A stretch of 64,000 bases of DNA. Source: Eledone cirrhosa (lineage: Eukaryota). Where the stretch lies: contig OZ024744.1 of NCBI GenBank assembly GCA_964016885.1, forward strand, positions 130,572,001 to 130,636,000. The letters run 5' to 3'. Below the pieces are notes generated by a model. That model made no database searches. It worked only from the letters and a program-made list of their open reading frames with translations, and was not told the DNA's origin. Shown piece by piece: positions 1 to 12,000 of the stretch. The first letter of the stretch is position 1, and each line of letters starts with the position of its first letter. The translations under genes were made by a program, and so were the position numbers.

Positions 1-2780
1 GAGTTAAGTTGGTGTTGAGTTAAGTTGGGTTTAAGTTAAGTTGGGGTTAAGTTAAGTTGCAGTTAAGTTAAGTTGAGGTTAAGTTAAGGTGCGGTTAAGT
101 TAAGTTGGGGTTAAGTTAAGTTGGGGCTAAGTTAAGTTGGGGCTAAGTTACGTTGGGGTTCAGTTAAGTTGGGGTTAAGTTAAGTCGGGGTTAAGTTAAG
201 TTGGGGTTAAGTTAAGTTGGGGTTAATTTAAGTTGGGGTTAAGTTAAGTTGGGGTTAATTTAAGTTGGGGTTAAGTTAAGTTGGGGTTAAGTTAAGTCGG
301 GGTTAATTTAAGTCGGGGTTAAGTTAAGTTAGGGTTCAGTTAAGTTGGGGTTAAGTTAAGTTGGGGTTGAGTTAAGTTGGGGTTGAGTTATATTGGGGTT
401 GAGTTAAGTTGGGGTTGAGTTAAGTTGGTGTTGAGTTAAGTTGGGGTTAAGTTAAGTTGGGGTTAAGTTAAGTTGCAGTTAAGTTAAGTTGAGGTTAAGT
501 TAAGGTGGGGTTAAGTTAAATCGGGGTTAAGTTAAGTTGTGGTTGAGTTAAGTTGGGGTTAATTTAAGTTGGGGCTAAGTTAATTTGTGGTTAAGTTAAG
601 TTGGGGTTAAGTTAAGTTGGGGTTTATTTAAGTTGGGGTTGAGTTAAGTTGGGGTTGAGTTAATTTGGGGTTAAGTTAAGTTGGGGTTAAGTTAAGTTGG
701 GTTTAAGTTAAGTTGGGGTTAAATTAAGTTGGGGTTAAATTAAGTTGGGGTTAAGTTAAGTTGGGGTTAAGTTAAGTTGGGGGCAAGTTAAGTTGGGGTT
801 AATTTAAGTTGGGGTTAAATTATGTTGGGGTTACGTTAAGTTGGTGTTAAGTTAAGTTGGGGTTAATTTAAGTTGGGGTTAATTAAGTTGGGGTTAAGTT
901 AAGTTGGGGTTAAGTTAAGTTGGGGTTAATTTAAGTTGGGGTTGAGTTAAGTTGGGGTTAAGTTAAGTTGGGGTTATATTAAGTTGGGGTTAAGTTAAGT
1001 TGGGGTTCAGTTAAGTTGGGGATAAGTTAAGTTGGGGTTAAGTTAAGTTGGGGTTAATTAAGTTGGGGTTAAGTTAAGTTGGGGTTAAGTTAAGTTGGGG
1101 CTAAGTTAAGTTGGGGCTGAGTTAAGTTGGGGCTGAGTTAAGTTGGGGTTAAGTTAATTTGGGGTTGAGTTAAGTTGGGGTTAAGTTAAGTTGGGGTTAA
1201 GTTAAGTTGGGGTTAAATTAAGTTGGGGTTAAGTTAAGTTGGGGTTAAGTTAAGTTGGGGTTAAGTTAAGTCGGGGATAAGTTAAGTTGGGGATAATTTA
1301 AGTTGGGGTTAAGTTAAGTTGGGTTTAAGTTAAGTTGGGGTTAAGTTAAGTTGGGGTTAAGTTAAGTTGGGGCTAAGTTAAGTTGGGGTTCAGTTAAGTT
1401 GGGGTTAAGTTAAGTTGGGGTTAAGATGGGGTTAAATTAAGTTGGGGTTAAGTTAAGTTGGGGTTAAGTTAAGTTGGGGTTAAGTTAAGTTGGGGTTAAG
1501 TTAAGTCGGGGTTAAGTTAAGTCGGGGTTAAGTTAAGTTAGGGTTCAGTTAATTGGGGTTAAGTTAAGTTGGGGTTGAGTTAAGTTGGGGTTGAGTTAAA
1601 TTGGGGTTGAGTTAAGTTGGGGTTGAGTTAAGTTGGTGTTGAGTTAAGTTGGGGTTAAGTTAAGTTGGGGTTAAATTAAGTTGGGGTTAAATTAAGTTGG
1701 GGTTAAGTTAAGTTGGGGGTAAGTTAAGTTGGGGGCAAGTTAAGTTGGGGTTAATTTAAGTTGGGGTTAAATTAAGTTGGGGTTACGTTAAGTTGGTGCT
1801 AAGTTAAGTTGGGGTTAATTTAAGTTGGGGTTAATTAAGTTGGGGTTAAGTTAAGTTGGGGTTAAGTTAAGTTGGGGTTAATTTAAGTTGGGATTGAGTT
1901 AAGTTGGGGTTAAGTTAATTTGGGGTTATATTAAGTTGGGGTTAAGTTAAGTTGGGGTTCAGTTAAGTTGGGGTTAAGTTAAGTTGGGGTTAAGTTAAGT
2001 TGAGGTTAAGTTAAGTTGGGGTTAAGTTAAGTTGGTGTTAAGTCAAGTTGGGGCTAAGTTAAGTTGGGGCTGAGTTAAGTTGGGGCTGAGTTAAGTTGGG
2101 GCTAAGTTAAGTTGGGTTGAGTTAAGTTGGGGTTAAGTTGGGGTTAAGTTAAGTTAGGTTTAAGTTAAGTTGGGGTTAAGTTAAGTTGGGGTTAAGTTAA
2201 GTTGGGGTTAAGTTAAGTTGGGGTTAAGTTAAGTTGGGGTTAAGTTAATTTGGGGTTAATTTAATTTGTGGTTAAGTTAAGTTGTGGTTAAGTTAAGTTG
2301 GGGTTAAGTTAAGTTGGGGTTAATTTAAGTTGGGGTTAAGTTAAGTTGGGGTTAAGTTAAGTTGGGGTTAAGTTAAGTTGGGGATAATTTAAGTTGGGGT
2401 TAAGTTAAGTTTGAGTTTAAGTTAAGTTGGGGTTAAGTTAAGTTGGGGTTAAGTTAAGTTGGGGTTAAGTTAAGTTGGTTAGTTAAGTTGAGTTTAAGTT
2501 AAGTTGGGGTTAATTTAAGTTGGGGTTAATTTAAGCTGGGGTTAAGTTAAGTTGGGGTTAAGTTAAGTTGGGGTTAATTTAAGTTGGGGTTAAGTTAAGT
2601 TGGGGTTAAGTTAAGTCGGGGTTAAGTTAAGCTGGGGTTAAGTTAAGTTGGGGTTAAGTTAAGTTGGGGTTAAGTTAAGTTGGTTAGTTAAGTTGAGTTT
2701 AAGTTAAGTTGGGGTTAATTTAAGTTGGGGTTAAGTTAAGTTGGGGTTAAGTTAAGTTGGGGTTAAGTTAAGTTGGGGTT

Positions 2781-2955
2781 AACCCCAACTTAACTTAACC
2801 CCAACTTCACTCAACCCCAACGTAACTCAACCCCAACTTAACTTAACCCCAACTTCACTCAACCCCAACTTAACTTAACCCCAACTTCACTCAACCCCAA
2901 CTTCCAACTTGACTTAACCCCAACTTAACTTAGCCCCAACTTAACTTAAGCCCAA
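2781..2955 (-). repeat. 175-bp inverted satellite segment, copy 1
   Basis: The sequence switches to AACCCCAACTTAACTT at GGGGTT|AACCCC (2780/2781) and returns to forward orientation at AAGCCCAA|AGTCGG. Confidence 0.97.
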
Positions 2956-5900
2956 AGTCGGGTTTAAGTTAAGTTGGCGTTAAGTTAAGTTGGCGTTAAG
3001 TTAAGTTAGGCTTAACTTAAGTTGGGGTTCAGTTAAGTTGGGGGTAAGTTAAGTTGGGGTTAAGTTAAGTTAGGGTTAAGTTAAGTTGGGGTTGAGTTAA
3101 GTTGGGGTTAATTAAGTGGTGGTTATGTTAAGTTGGGGTTAAGTTAAGTTGGGGTTAATTTAAATTGGGGTTAAGTTAACTTTGTGGTTAAGTTAAGTTG
3201 GGGTTAAGTTAAGTTGGGGTAAAGTTGGGGTTGAGTTAAGTTGGGGTTGAGTGAAGTTGGGGTTAAGTTAAGTTGGGGTTAAGTTAAGTTGGGGTTAAGA
3301 TAAGTCGGGGTTAAGTTAAGTTGTGATTGAGTTAAGTTGGGGTTAATTTAAGTTGGGGCTAAGTTAATTTGTGGTTAAGTTAAGTTGGGGTTAAGTTAAG
3401 TTGGGGTTAAGTTAAGTTGGGGTTGAGTTAAGTTGGGGCTGAGTTAATTTGGGTTTAAGTTAAGTTGGGGTTAAGTTAAGTTGGGTTTAAGTTAAGTTGG
3501 GGTTAAATTAAGTTGGGGTTAAATTAAGTTGGGGTTAAGTTAAGTTGGGGGTAAGTTAAGTTGGGGGCAAGTTAAGTTGGGGTTAATTTAAGTTGGGGTT
3601 AAATTAAGTTGGGGTTACGTTAAGTTGGTGTTAAGTTAAGTTGGGGTTAATTTAAGTTGGGGTTAATTAAGTTGGGGTTAAGTTAAGTTGGGGTTAAGTT
3701 AAGTTGGGGTTAATTTAAGTTGGGGTTGAGTTAAGTTGGGGTTAAGTTAAGTTGGGGTTATATTAAGTTGGGGTTAAGTTAAGTTGGGGTTCAGTTAAGT
3801 TGGGGTTAAGTTAAGTTGGGGTTAAGTTAAGTTGAGGTTAAGTTAAGTTGGGGTTAAGTTAAGTTGGTGTTAAGTTAAGTTGGGGCTAAGTTAAGTTGGG
3901 GCTGAGTTAAGTTGGGGCTGAGTTAAGTTGGGGCTAAGTTAAGTTGGGGTTGAGTTAAGTTGGGGTTAAGTTGGGGTTAAGTTAAGTTAGGTTTAAGTTA
4001 AGTTGGGGTTAAGTTAAGTTGGGGTTAAGTTAAGTTGGGGTTAAGTTAAGTTGGGGTTAAGTTAAGTTGGGGTTAAGTTAAGTTGGGGTTTATTTAAGTT
4101 GGGGTTGAGTTAAGTTGGGGTTGAGTTAATTTGGGGTTAAGTTAAGTTGGGGTTAAGTTAAGTTGGGTTTAAGTTAAGTTGGGGTTAAATTAAGTTGGGG
4201 TTAAATTAAGTTGGGGTTAAGTTAAGTTGGGGTTAAGTTAAGTTGGGGGCAAGTTAAGTTGGGGTTAATTTAAGTTGGGGTTAAATTATGTTGGGGTTAC
4301 GTTAAGTTGGTGTTAAGTTAAGTTGGGGTTAATTTAAGTTGGGGTTAATTAAGTTGGGGTTAAGTTAAGTTGGGGTTAAGTTAAGTTGGGGTTAATTTAA
4401 GTTGGGGTTGAGTTAAGTTGGGGTTAAGTTAAGTTGGGGTTATATTAAGTTGGGGTTAAGTTAAGTTGGGGTTCAGTTAAGTTGGGGATAAGTTAAGTTG
4501 GGGTTAAGTTAAGTTGGGGTTAATTAAGTTGGGGTTAAGTTAAGTTGGGGTTAAGTTAAGTTGGGGCTAAGTTAAGTTGGGGCTGAGTTAAGTTGGGGCT
4601 GAGTTAAGTTGGGGTTAAGTTAATTTGGGGTTGAGTTAAGTTGGGGTTAAGTTAAGTTGGGGTTAAGTTAAGTTGGGGTTAAATTAAGTTGGGGTTAAGT
4701 TAAGTTGGGGTTAAGTTAAGTTGGGGTTAAGTTAAGTCGGGGATAAGTTAAGTTGGGGATAATTTAAGTTGGGGTTAAGTTAAGTTGGGTTTAAGTTAAG
4801 TTGGGGTTAAGTTAAGTTGGGGTTAAGTTAAGTTGGGGTTAAGTTAAGTTGGGGCTAAGTTAAGTTGGGGTTCAGTTAAGTTGGGGTTAAGTTAAGTTGG
4901 GGTTAAGATGGGGTTAAATTAAGTTGGGGTTAAGTTAAGTTGGGGTTAAGTTAAGGTGGGGTTAAGTTAAGTTGGGGTTAAGTTAAGTCGGGGTTAAGTT
5001 AAGTCGGGGTTAAGTTAAGTTAGGGTTCAGTTAATTGGGGTTAAGTTAAGTTGGGGTTGAGTTAAGTTGGGGTTGAGTTAAATTGGGGTTGAGTTAAGTT
5101 GGGGTTGAGTTAAGTTGGTGTTGAGTTAAGTTGGGGTTAAGTTAAGTTGGGGTTAAATTAAGTTGGGGTTAAATTAAGTTGGGGTTAAGTTAAGTTGGGG
5201 GTAAGTTAAGTTGGGGGCAAGTTAAGTTGGGGTTAATTTAAGTTGGGGTTAAATTAAGTTGGGGTTACGTTAAGTTGGTGCTAAGTTAAGTTGGGGTTAA
5301 TTTAAGTTGGGGTTAATTAAGTTGGGGTTAAGTTAAGTTGGGGTTAAGTTAAGTTGGGGTTAATTTAAGTTGGGATTGAGTTAAGTTGGGGTTAAGTTAA
5401 TTTGGGGTTATATTAAGTTGGGGTTAAGTTAAGTTGGGGTTCAGTTAAGTTGGGGTTAAGTTAAGTTGGGGTTAAGTTAAGTTGAGGTTAAGTTAAGTTG
5501 GGGTTAAGTTAAGTTGGTGTTAAGTCAAGTTGGGGCTAAGTTAAGTTGGGGCTGAGTTAAGTTGGGGCTGAGTTAAGTTGGGGCTAAGTTAAGTTGGGTT
5601 GAGTTAAGTTGGGGTTAAGTTGGGGTTAAGTTAAGTTAGGTTTAAGTTAAGTTGGGGTTAAGTTAAGTTGGGGTTAAGTTTAGTTGGGGTTAAGTTAAGT
5701 TGGGGTTAAGTTAAGTTGGGGTTAAGTTAATTTGGGGTTAATTTAATTTGTGGTTAAGTTAAGTTGTGGTTAAGTTAAGTTGGGGTTAAGTTAAGTTGGG
5801 GTTAATTTAAGTTGGGGTTAAGTTAAGTTGGGGTTAAGTTAAGTTGGGGTTAAGTTAAGTTGGGGATAATTTAAGTTGGGGTTAAGTTAAGTTTGAGTTT

Positions 5901-6278
5901 AAGTTAAGTTGGGGTTAAGTTAAGTTGGGGTTAAGTTAAGTTGGGGTTAAGTTAAGTTGGTTAGTTAAGTTGAGTTTAAGTTAAGTTGGGGTTAATTTAA
6001 GTTGGGGTTAATTTAAGCTGGGGTTAAGTTAAGTTGGGGTTAAGTTAAGTTGGGGTTAATTTAAGTTGGGGTTAAGTTAAGTTGGGGTTAAGTTAAGTCG
6101 GGGTTAAGTTAAGCTGGGGTTAAGTTAAGTTGGGGTTAAGTTAAGTTGGGGTTAAGTTAAGTTGGTTAGTTAAGTTGAGTTTAAGTTAAGTTGGGGTTAA
6201 TTTAAGTTGGGGTTAAGTTAAGTTGGGGTTAAGTTAAGTTGGGGTTAAGTTAAGTTGGGGTTAAGTTAAGTTGGGGTT

Positions 6279-6453
6279 AACCCCAACTTAACTTAACCCC
6301 AACTTCACTCAACCCCAACGTAACTCAACCCCAACTTAACTTAACCCCAACTTCACTCAACCCCAACTTAACTTAACCCCAACTTCACTCAACCCCAACT
6401 TCCAACTTGACTTAACCCCAACTTAACTTAGCCCCAACTTAACTTAAGCCCAA
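6279..6453 (-). repeat. 175-bp inverted satellite segment, copy 2
   Basis: Same junctions and same internal variant order (TTCACTC, CGTAACTC, AACTTCCAACTTGAC, TAGCCCC, AAGCCCAA) as copy 1. Confidence 0.97.
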
Positions 6454-8887
6454 AGTCGGGGTTAAGTTAAGTTGGCGTTAAGTTAAGTTGGCGTTAAGTT
6501 AAGTTAGGCTTAACTTAAGTTGGGGTTCAGTTAAGTTGGGGGTAAGTTAAGTTGGGGTTAAGTTAAGTTAGGGTTAAGTTAAGTTGGGGTTGAGTTAAGT
6601 TGGGGTTAATTAAGTGGTGGTTATGTTAAGTTGGGGTTAAGTTAAGTTGGGGTTAATTTAAATTGGGGTTAAGTTAACTTTGTGGTTAAGTTAAGTTGGG
6701 GTTAAGTTAAGTTGGGGTAAAGTTGGGGTTGAGTTAAGTTGGGGTTGAGTGAAGTTGGGGTTAAGTTAAGTTGGGGTTAAGTTAAGTTGGGGTTAAGATA
6801 AGTCGGGGTTAAGTTAAGTTGTGATTGAGTTAAGTTGGGGTTAATTTAAGTTGGGGCTAAGTTAATTTGTGGTTAAGTTAAGTTGGGGTTAAGTTAAGTT
6901 GGGGTTATGTTAAGTTGGGGTTGAGTTAAGTTGGGGCTGAGTTAATTTGGGTTTAAGTTAAGTTGGGGTTAAGTTAAGTTGGGTTTAAGTTAAGTTGGGG
7001 TTAAATTAAGTTGGGGTTAAATTAAGTTGGGGTTAAGTTAAGTTGGGGGTAAGTTAAGTTGGGGGCAAGTTAAGTTGGGGTTAATTTAAGTTGGGGTTAA
7101 ATTAAGTTGGGGTTACGTTAAGTTGGTGTTAAGTTAAGTTGGGGTTAATTTAAGTTGGGGTTAATTAAGTTGGGGTTAAGTTAAGTTGGGGTTAAGTTAA
7201 GTTGGGGTTAATTTAAGTTGGGGTTGAGTTAAGTTGGGGTTAAGTTAAGTTGGGGTTATATTAAGTTGGGGTTAAGTTAAGTTGGGGTTCAGTTAAGTTG
7301 GGGTTAAGTTAAGTTGGTGTTAAGTTAAGTTGGGGCTAAGTTAAGTTGGGGCTGAGTTAAGTTGGGGCTGAGTTAAGTTGGGGCTAAGTTAAGTTGGGGT
7401 TGAGTTAAGTTGGGGTTAAGTTGGGGTTAAGTTAAGTTAGGTTTAAGTTAAGTTGGGGTTAAGTTAAGTTGGGGTTAAGTTAAGTTGGGGTTAAGTTAAG
7501 TTGGGGTTAAGTTAAGTTGGGGTTAAGTTAAGTTGGGGTTAAGTTAAGTTGGGGTTAAGTTAATTTGTGGTTAAGTTAAGTTGTGGTTAAGTTAAGTTGG
7601 TTAGTTAAGTTGAGTTTAAGTTAAGTTGGGGTTAAGTTAAGTTGGGGTTAAGTTAAGTTGGGGTTAAGTTAAGTCGGGGTTAAGTTAAGTTATGGTTCAG
7701 TTAAGTTGGGGTTAAGTTAAGTTGGGGTTGAGTTAAGTTGGGGTTGAGTTAAATTGGGGTTGAGTTAAGTTGGGGTTGAGTTAAGTTGGTGTTGAGTTAA
7801 GTTGGGGTTAAGTTAAGTTGGGGTTAAATTAAGTTGGGGTTAAATTAAGTTGGGGTTAAGTTAAGTTGGGGGTAAGTTAAGTTGGGGGCAAGTTAAGTTG
7901 GGGTTAATTTAAGTTGGGGTTAAATTAAGTTGGGGTTACGTTAAGTTGGTGTTAAGTTAAGTTGGGGTTAATTTAAGTTGGGGTTAATTAATGTTGGGGT
8001 TAAGTTAAGTTGGGGTTAAGTTAAGTTGGGGTTAAGTTAAGTTGAGGTTAAGTTAAGTTGGGGTTAAGTTAAGTTGGTGTTAAGTTAAGTTGGGGCTAAG
8101 TTAAGTTGGGGCTGAGTTAAGTTGGGGCTGAGTTAAGTTGGGGCTAAGTTAAGTTGGGGTTGAGTTAAGTTGGGGTTAAGTTGGGGTTAAGTTAAGTTAG
8201 GTTTAAGTTAAGTTGGGTTTAAGTTAAGTTGGGGTTAAGTTAAGTTGGGGTTAAGTTAAGTTGGGGTTAAGTTAAGTTGGGGTTAAGTTAAGTTGGGGTT
8301 AAGTTAAGTTGGGGTTAAGTTAAGTTGGGGTTAAGTTAAGTCGGGGTTAAGTTAAGTTGGGGTTAAGTTAAGTTGGGGTTAAGTTAAGTTGGGGTTAAGT
8401 TAAGTTGGAGTTAAGTTAAGTCGGGGTTAAGTTAAGTTGGGGTTAAGTTAAGTTGGGGTTAAGTTAAGTTGGGTTTAAGTTAAGTTGGGGATAATTTAAG
8501 TTGGGGTTAAGTTAAGTTTGAGTTTAAGTTAAGTTGGGGTTAAGTTAAGTTGGGGTTAAGTTAAGTTGGGGTTAAGTTGAGTTGGTTAGTTAAGTTGAGT
8601 TTAAGTTAAGTTGGGGTTAATTTAAGTTGGGGTTAAGTTAAGCTGGGGTTAAGTTAAGTTGGGGTTAATTTAAGTTGGGGTTAATTTAAGTTGGGGTTAA
8701 GTTAAGTTGGGGTTAAGTTAAGTCGGGGTTAAGTTAAGTTGGGGTTAAGTTAAGTTGGGGTTAAGTTAAGTTGAGGTTAAGTTAAGTTGGTTAGTTAAGT
8801 TGAGTTTAAGTTAAGTTGGGGTTAATTTAAGTTGGGGTTAAGTTAAGTTGGGGTTAAGTTAAGTTGGGGTTAAGTTAAGTTGGGGTT

Positions 8888-9062
8888 AACCCCAACTTAA
8901 CTTAACCCCAACTTCACTCAACCCCAACGTAACTCAACCCCAACTTAACTTAACCCCAACTTCACTCAACCCCAACTTAACTTAACCCCAACTTCACTCA
9001 ACCCCAACTTCCAACTTGACTTAACCCCAACTTAACTTAGCCCCAACTTAACTTATGCCCAA
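8888..9062 (-). repeat. 175-bp inverted satellite segment, copy 3
   Basis: Same segment, with a private substitution ACTTATGCCC instead of ACTTAAGCCC near the right end. Confidence 0.97.
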
Positions 9063-12000
9063 AGTCGGGGTTAAGTTAAGTTGGCGTTAAGTTAAGTTGG
9101 CGTTAAGTTAAGTTAGGCTTAACTTAAGTTGGGGTTCAGTTAAGTTGGGGGTAAGTTAAGTTGGGGTTAAGTTAAGTTAGGGTTAAGTTAAGTTGGGGTT
9201 GAGTTAAGTTGGGGTTAATTAAGTGGTGGTTATGTTAAGTTGGGGTTAAGTTAAGTTGGGGTTAATTTAAATTGAGGTTAAGTTAACTTTGTGGTTAAGT
9301 TAAGTTGGGGTTAAGTTAAGTTGGGGTAAAGTTGGGGTTGAGTTAAGTTGGGGTTGAGTGAAGTTGGGGTTAAGTTAAGTTGGGGTTAAGTTAAGTTGGG
9401 GTTAAGATAAGTCGGGGTTAAGTTAAGTTGTGGTTGAGTTAAGTTGGGGTTAATTTAAGTTGGGGCTAAGTTAATTTGTGGTTAAGTTAAGTTGGGGTTA
9501 AGTTAAGTTGGGGTTAAGTTAAGTTGGGGTTGAGTTAAGTTGGGGCTGAGTTAATTTGGGTTTAAGTTAAGTTGGGGTTAAGTTAAGTTGGGTTTAAGTT
9601 AAGTTGGGGTTAAATTAAGTTGGGGTTAAATTAAGTTGGGGTTAAGTTAAGTTGGGGGTAAGTTAAGTTGGGGGCAAGTTAAGTTGGGGTTAATTTAAGT
9701 TGGGGTTAAATTAAGTTGGGGTTACGTTAAGTTGGTGTTAAGTTAAGTTGGGGTTAATTTAAGTTGGGGTTAAGTTAAGTTGGGGTTAAGTTAAGTCGGG
9801 GTTAAGTTAAGTTAGGGTTCAGTTAAGTTGGGGTTAAGTTAAGTTGGGGTTGAGTTAAATTGGGGTTGAGTTAAGTTGGGGTTAAGTTAAGTTGGGGTTA
9901 AGTTAAGTTGCAGTTAAGTTAAGTTGAGGTTAAGTTAAGGTGGGGTTAAGTTAAGTCGGGGTTAAGTTAACTTGTGGTTGAGTTAAGTTGGGGTTAATTT
10001 AAGTTGGGGCTAAGTTAATTTGTGGTTAAGTTAAGTTGGGGTTAAGTTAAGTTGGGGTTAAGTTAAGTTGGGGTTAAATTAAGTTGGGGTTAAATTAAGT
10101 TGGGGTTAAGTTAAGTTGGCGTTAAGTTAAGTTGGGGGCAAGTTAAGTTGGGGTTAATTTAAGTTGGGGTTAAATTATGTTGGGGTTACGTTAAGTTGGT
10201 GTTAAGTTAAGTTGGGGTTAATTTAAGTTGGGGTTAATTAAGTTGGGGTTAAGTTAAGTTGGGGTTAAGTTAAGTTGGGGTTAATTTAAGTTGGGGTTGA
10301 GTTAAGTTGGGGTTAAGTTAAGTTGGGGTTATATTAAGTTGGGGTTAAGTTAAGTTGGGGTTCAGTTAAGTTGGGGATAAGTTAAGTTGGGGTTAAGTTA
10401 AGTTGGGGTTAATTAAGTTGGGGTTAAGTTAAGTTGGGGTTAAGTTAAGTTGGGGCTAAGTTAAGTTGGGGCTGAGTTAAGTTGGGGCTGAGTTAAGTTG
10501 GGGTTAAGTTAATTTGGGGTTGAGTTAAGTTGGGGTTAAGTTAAGTTGGGGTTAAGTTAAGTTGGGGTTAAATTAAGTTGGGGTTAAGTTAAGTTGGGGT
10601 TAAGTTAAGTTGGGGTTAAGTTAAGTCGGGGATAAGTTAAGTTGGGGATAATTTAAGTTGGGGTTAAGTTAAGTTGGGTTTAAGTTAAGTTGGGGTTAAG
10701 TTAAGTTGGGGTTAAGTTAAGTTGGGGTTAAGTTAAGTTGGGGCTAAGTTAAGTTGGGGTTCAGTTAAGTTGGGGTTAAGTTAAGTTGGGGTTAAGATGG
10801 GGTTAAATTAAGTTGGGGTTAAGTTAAGTTGGGGTTAAGTTAAGTTGGGGTTAAGTTAAGTTGGGGTTAAGTTAAGTCGGGGTTAAGTTAAGTCGGGGTT
10901 AAGTTAAGTTAGGGTTCAGTTAATTGGGGTTAAGTTAAGTTGGGGTTGAGTTAAGTTGGGGTTGAGTTAAATTGGGGTTGAGTTAAGTTGGGGTTGAGTT
11001 AAGTTGGTGTTGAGTTAAGTTGGGGTTAAGTTAAGTTGGGGTTAAATTAAGTTGGGGTTAAATTAAGTTGGGGTTAAGTTAAGTTGGGGGTAAGTTAAGT
11101 TGGGGGCAAGTTAAGTTGGGGTTAATTTAAGTTGGGGTTAAATTAAGTTGGGGTTACGTTAAGTTGGTGCTAAGTTAAGTTGGGGTTAATTTAAGTTGGG
11201 GTTAATTAAGTTGGGGTTAAGTTAAGTTGGGGTTAAGTTAAGTTGGGGTTAATTTAAGTTGGGATTGAGTTAAGTTGGGGTTAAGTTAATTTGGGGTTAT
11301 ATTAAGTTGGGGTTAAGTTAAGTTGGGGTTCAGTTAAGTTGGGGTTAAGTTAAGTTGGGGTTAAGTTAAGTTGAGGTTAAGTTAAGTTGGGGTTAAGTTA
11401 AGTTGGTGTTAAGTCAAGTTGGGGCTAAGTTAAGTTGGGGCTGAGTTAAGTTGGGGCTGAGTTAAGTTGGGGCTAAGTTAAGGTGGGTTGAGTTAAGTTG
11501 GGATTAAGTTGGGGTTAAGTTAAGTTAGGTTTAAGTTAAGTTGGGGTTAAGTTAAGTTGGGGTTAAGTTAAGTTGGGGTTAAGTTAAGTTGGGGTTAAGT
11601 TAAGTTGGGGTTAAGTTAATTTGGGGTTAATTTAATTTGTGGTTAAGTTAAGTTGTGGTTAAGTTAAGTTGGGGTTAAGTTAAGTTGGGGTTAATTTAAG
11701 TTGGGGTTAAGTTAAGTTGGGGTTAAGTTAAGTTGGGGTTAAGTTAAGTTGGGGTTAAGTTAAGTTGGGGATAATTTAAGTTGGCGTTAAGTTAAGTTTG
11801 AGTTTAAGTTAAGTTGGGGTTAAGTTAAGTTGGGGTTAAGTTAAGTTGGGGTTAAGTTAAGTTGGTTAGTTAAGTTGAGTTTAAGTTAAGTTGGGGTTAA
11901 TTTAAGTTGGGGTTAAGTTAAGCTGGGGTTAAGTTAAGTTGGGGTTAAGTTAAGTTGGGGTTAATTTAAGTTGGGGTTAAGTTAAGTTGGGGTTAAGTTA

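Larger units (their letters stand above)
610..7300 (+). repeat. ~3.5-kb higher-order tandem duplication (two copies, each containing one inversion)
   Basis: Rare markers recur at a ~3.47-3.50 kb offset: AAATTATG at 821/4287, GGGATTGAG at ~1890/~5372, AGTCAAG at ~2041/~5523, inversion at 2781/6279, and TGTGATTGAG at ~3322/~6820. Confidence 0.85.

Noticed and set aside
2754-2807. Rho-independent terminator or structured ncRNA at the hairpin
   Set aside because: There is no upstream gene, no U-tract and no loop. The hairpin is fully explained by the satellite inversion.
2781-2955. Inverted segments as MITE or piggyBac-like insertions at TTAA
   Set aside because: The insert is purely reverse-complement satellite. 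It has no distinct terminal inverted repeats and no TTAA duplication at the right junction, and all copies share the same flanks, so they spread by duplication rather than transposition.
2754-2955. Fold-back junctions as random sequencing or whole-genome-amplification chimeras
   Set aside because: Seven copies share identical breakpoints and length, carry variants absent from the adjacent arm, return to forward orientation and have private SNPs. Random chimeras would not do this, though raw-read confirmation is still advisable.
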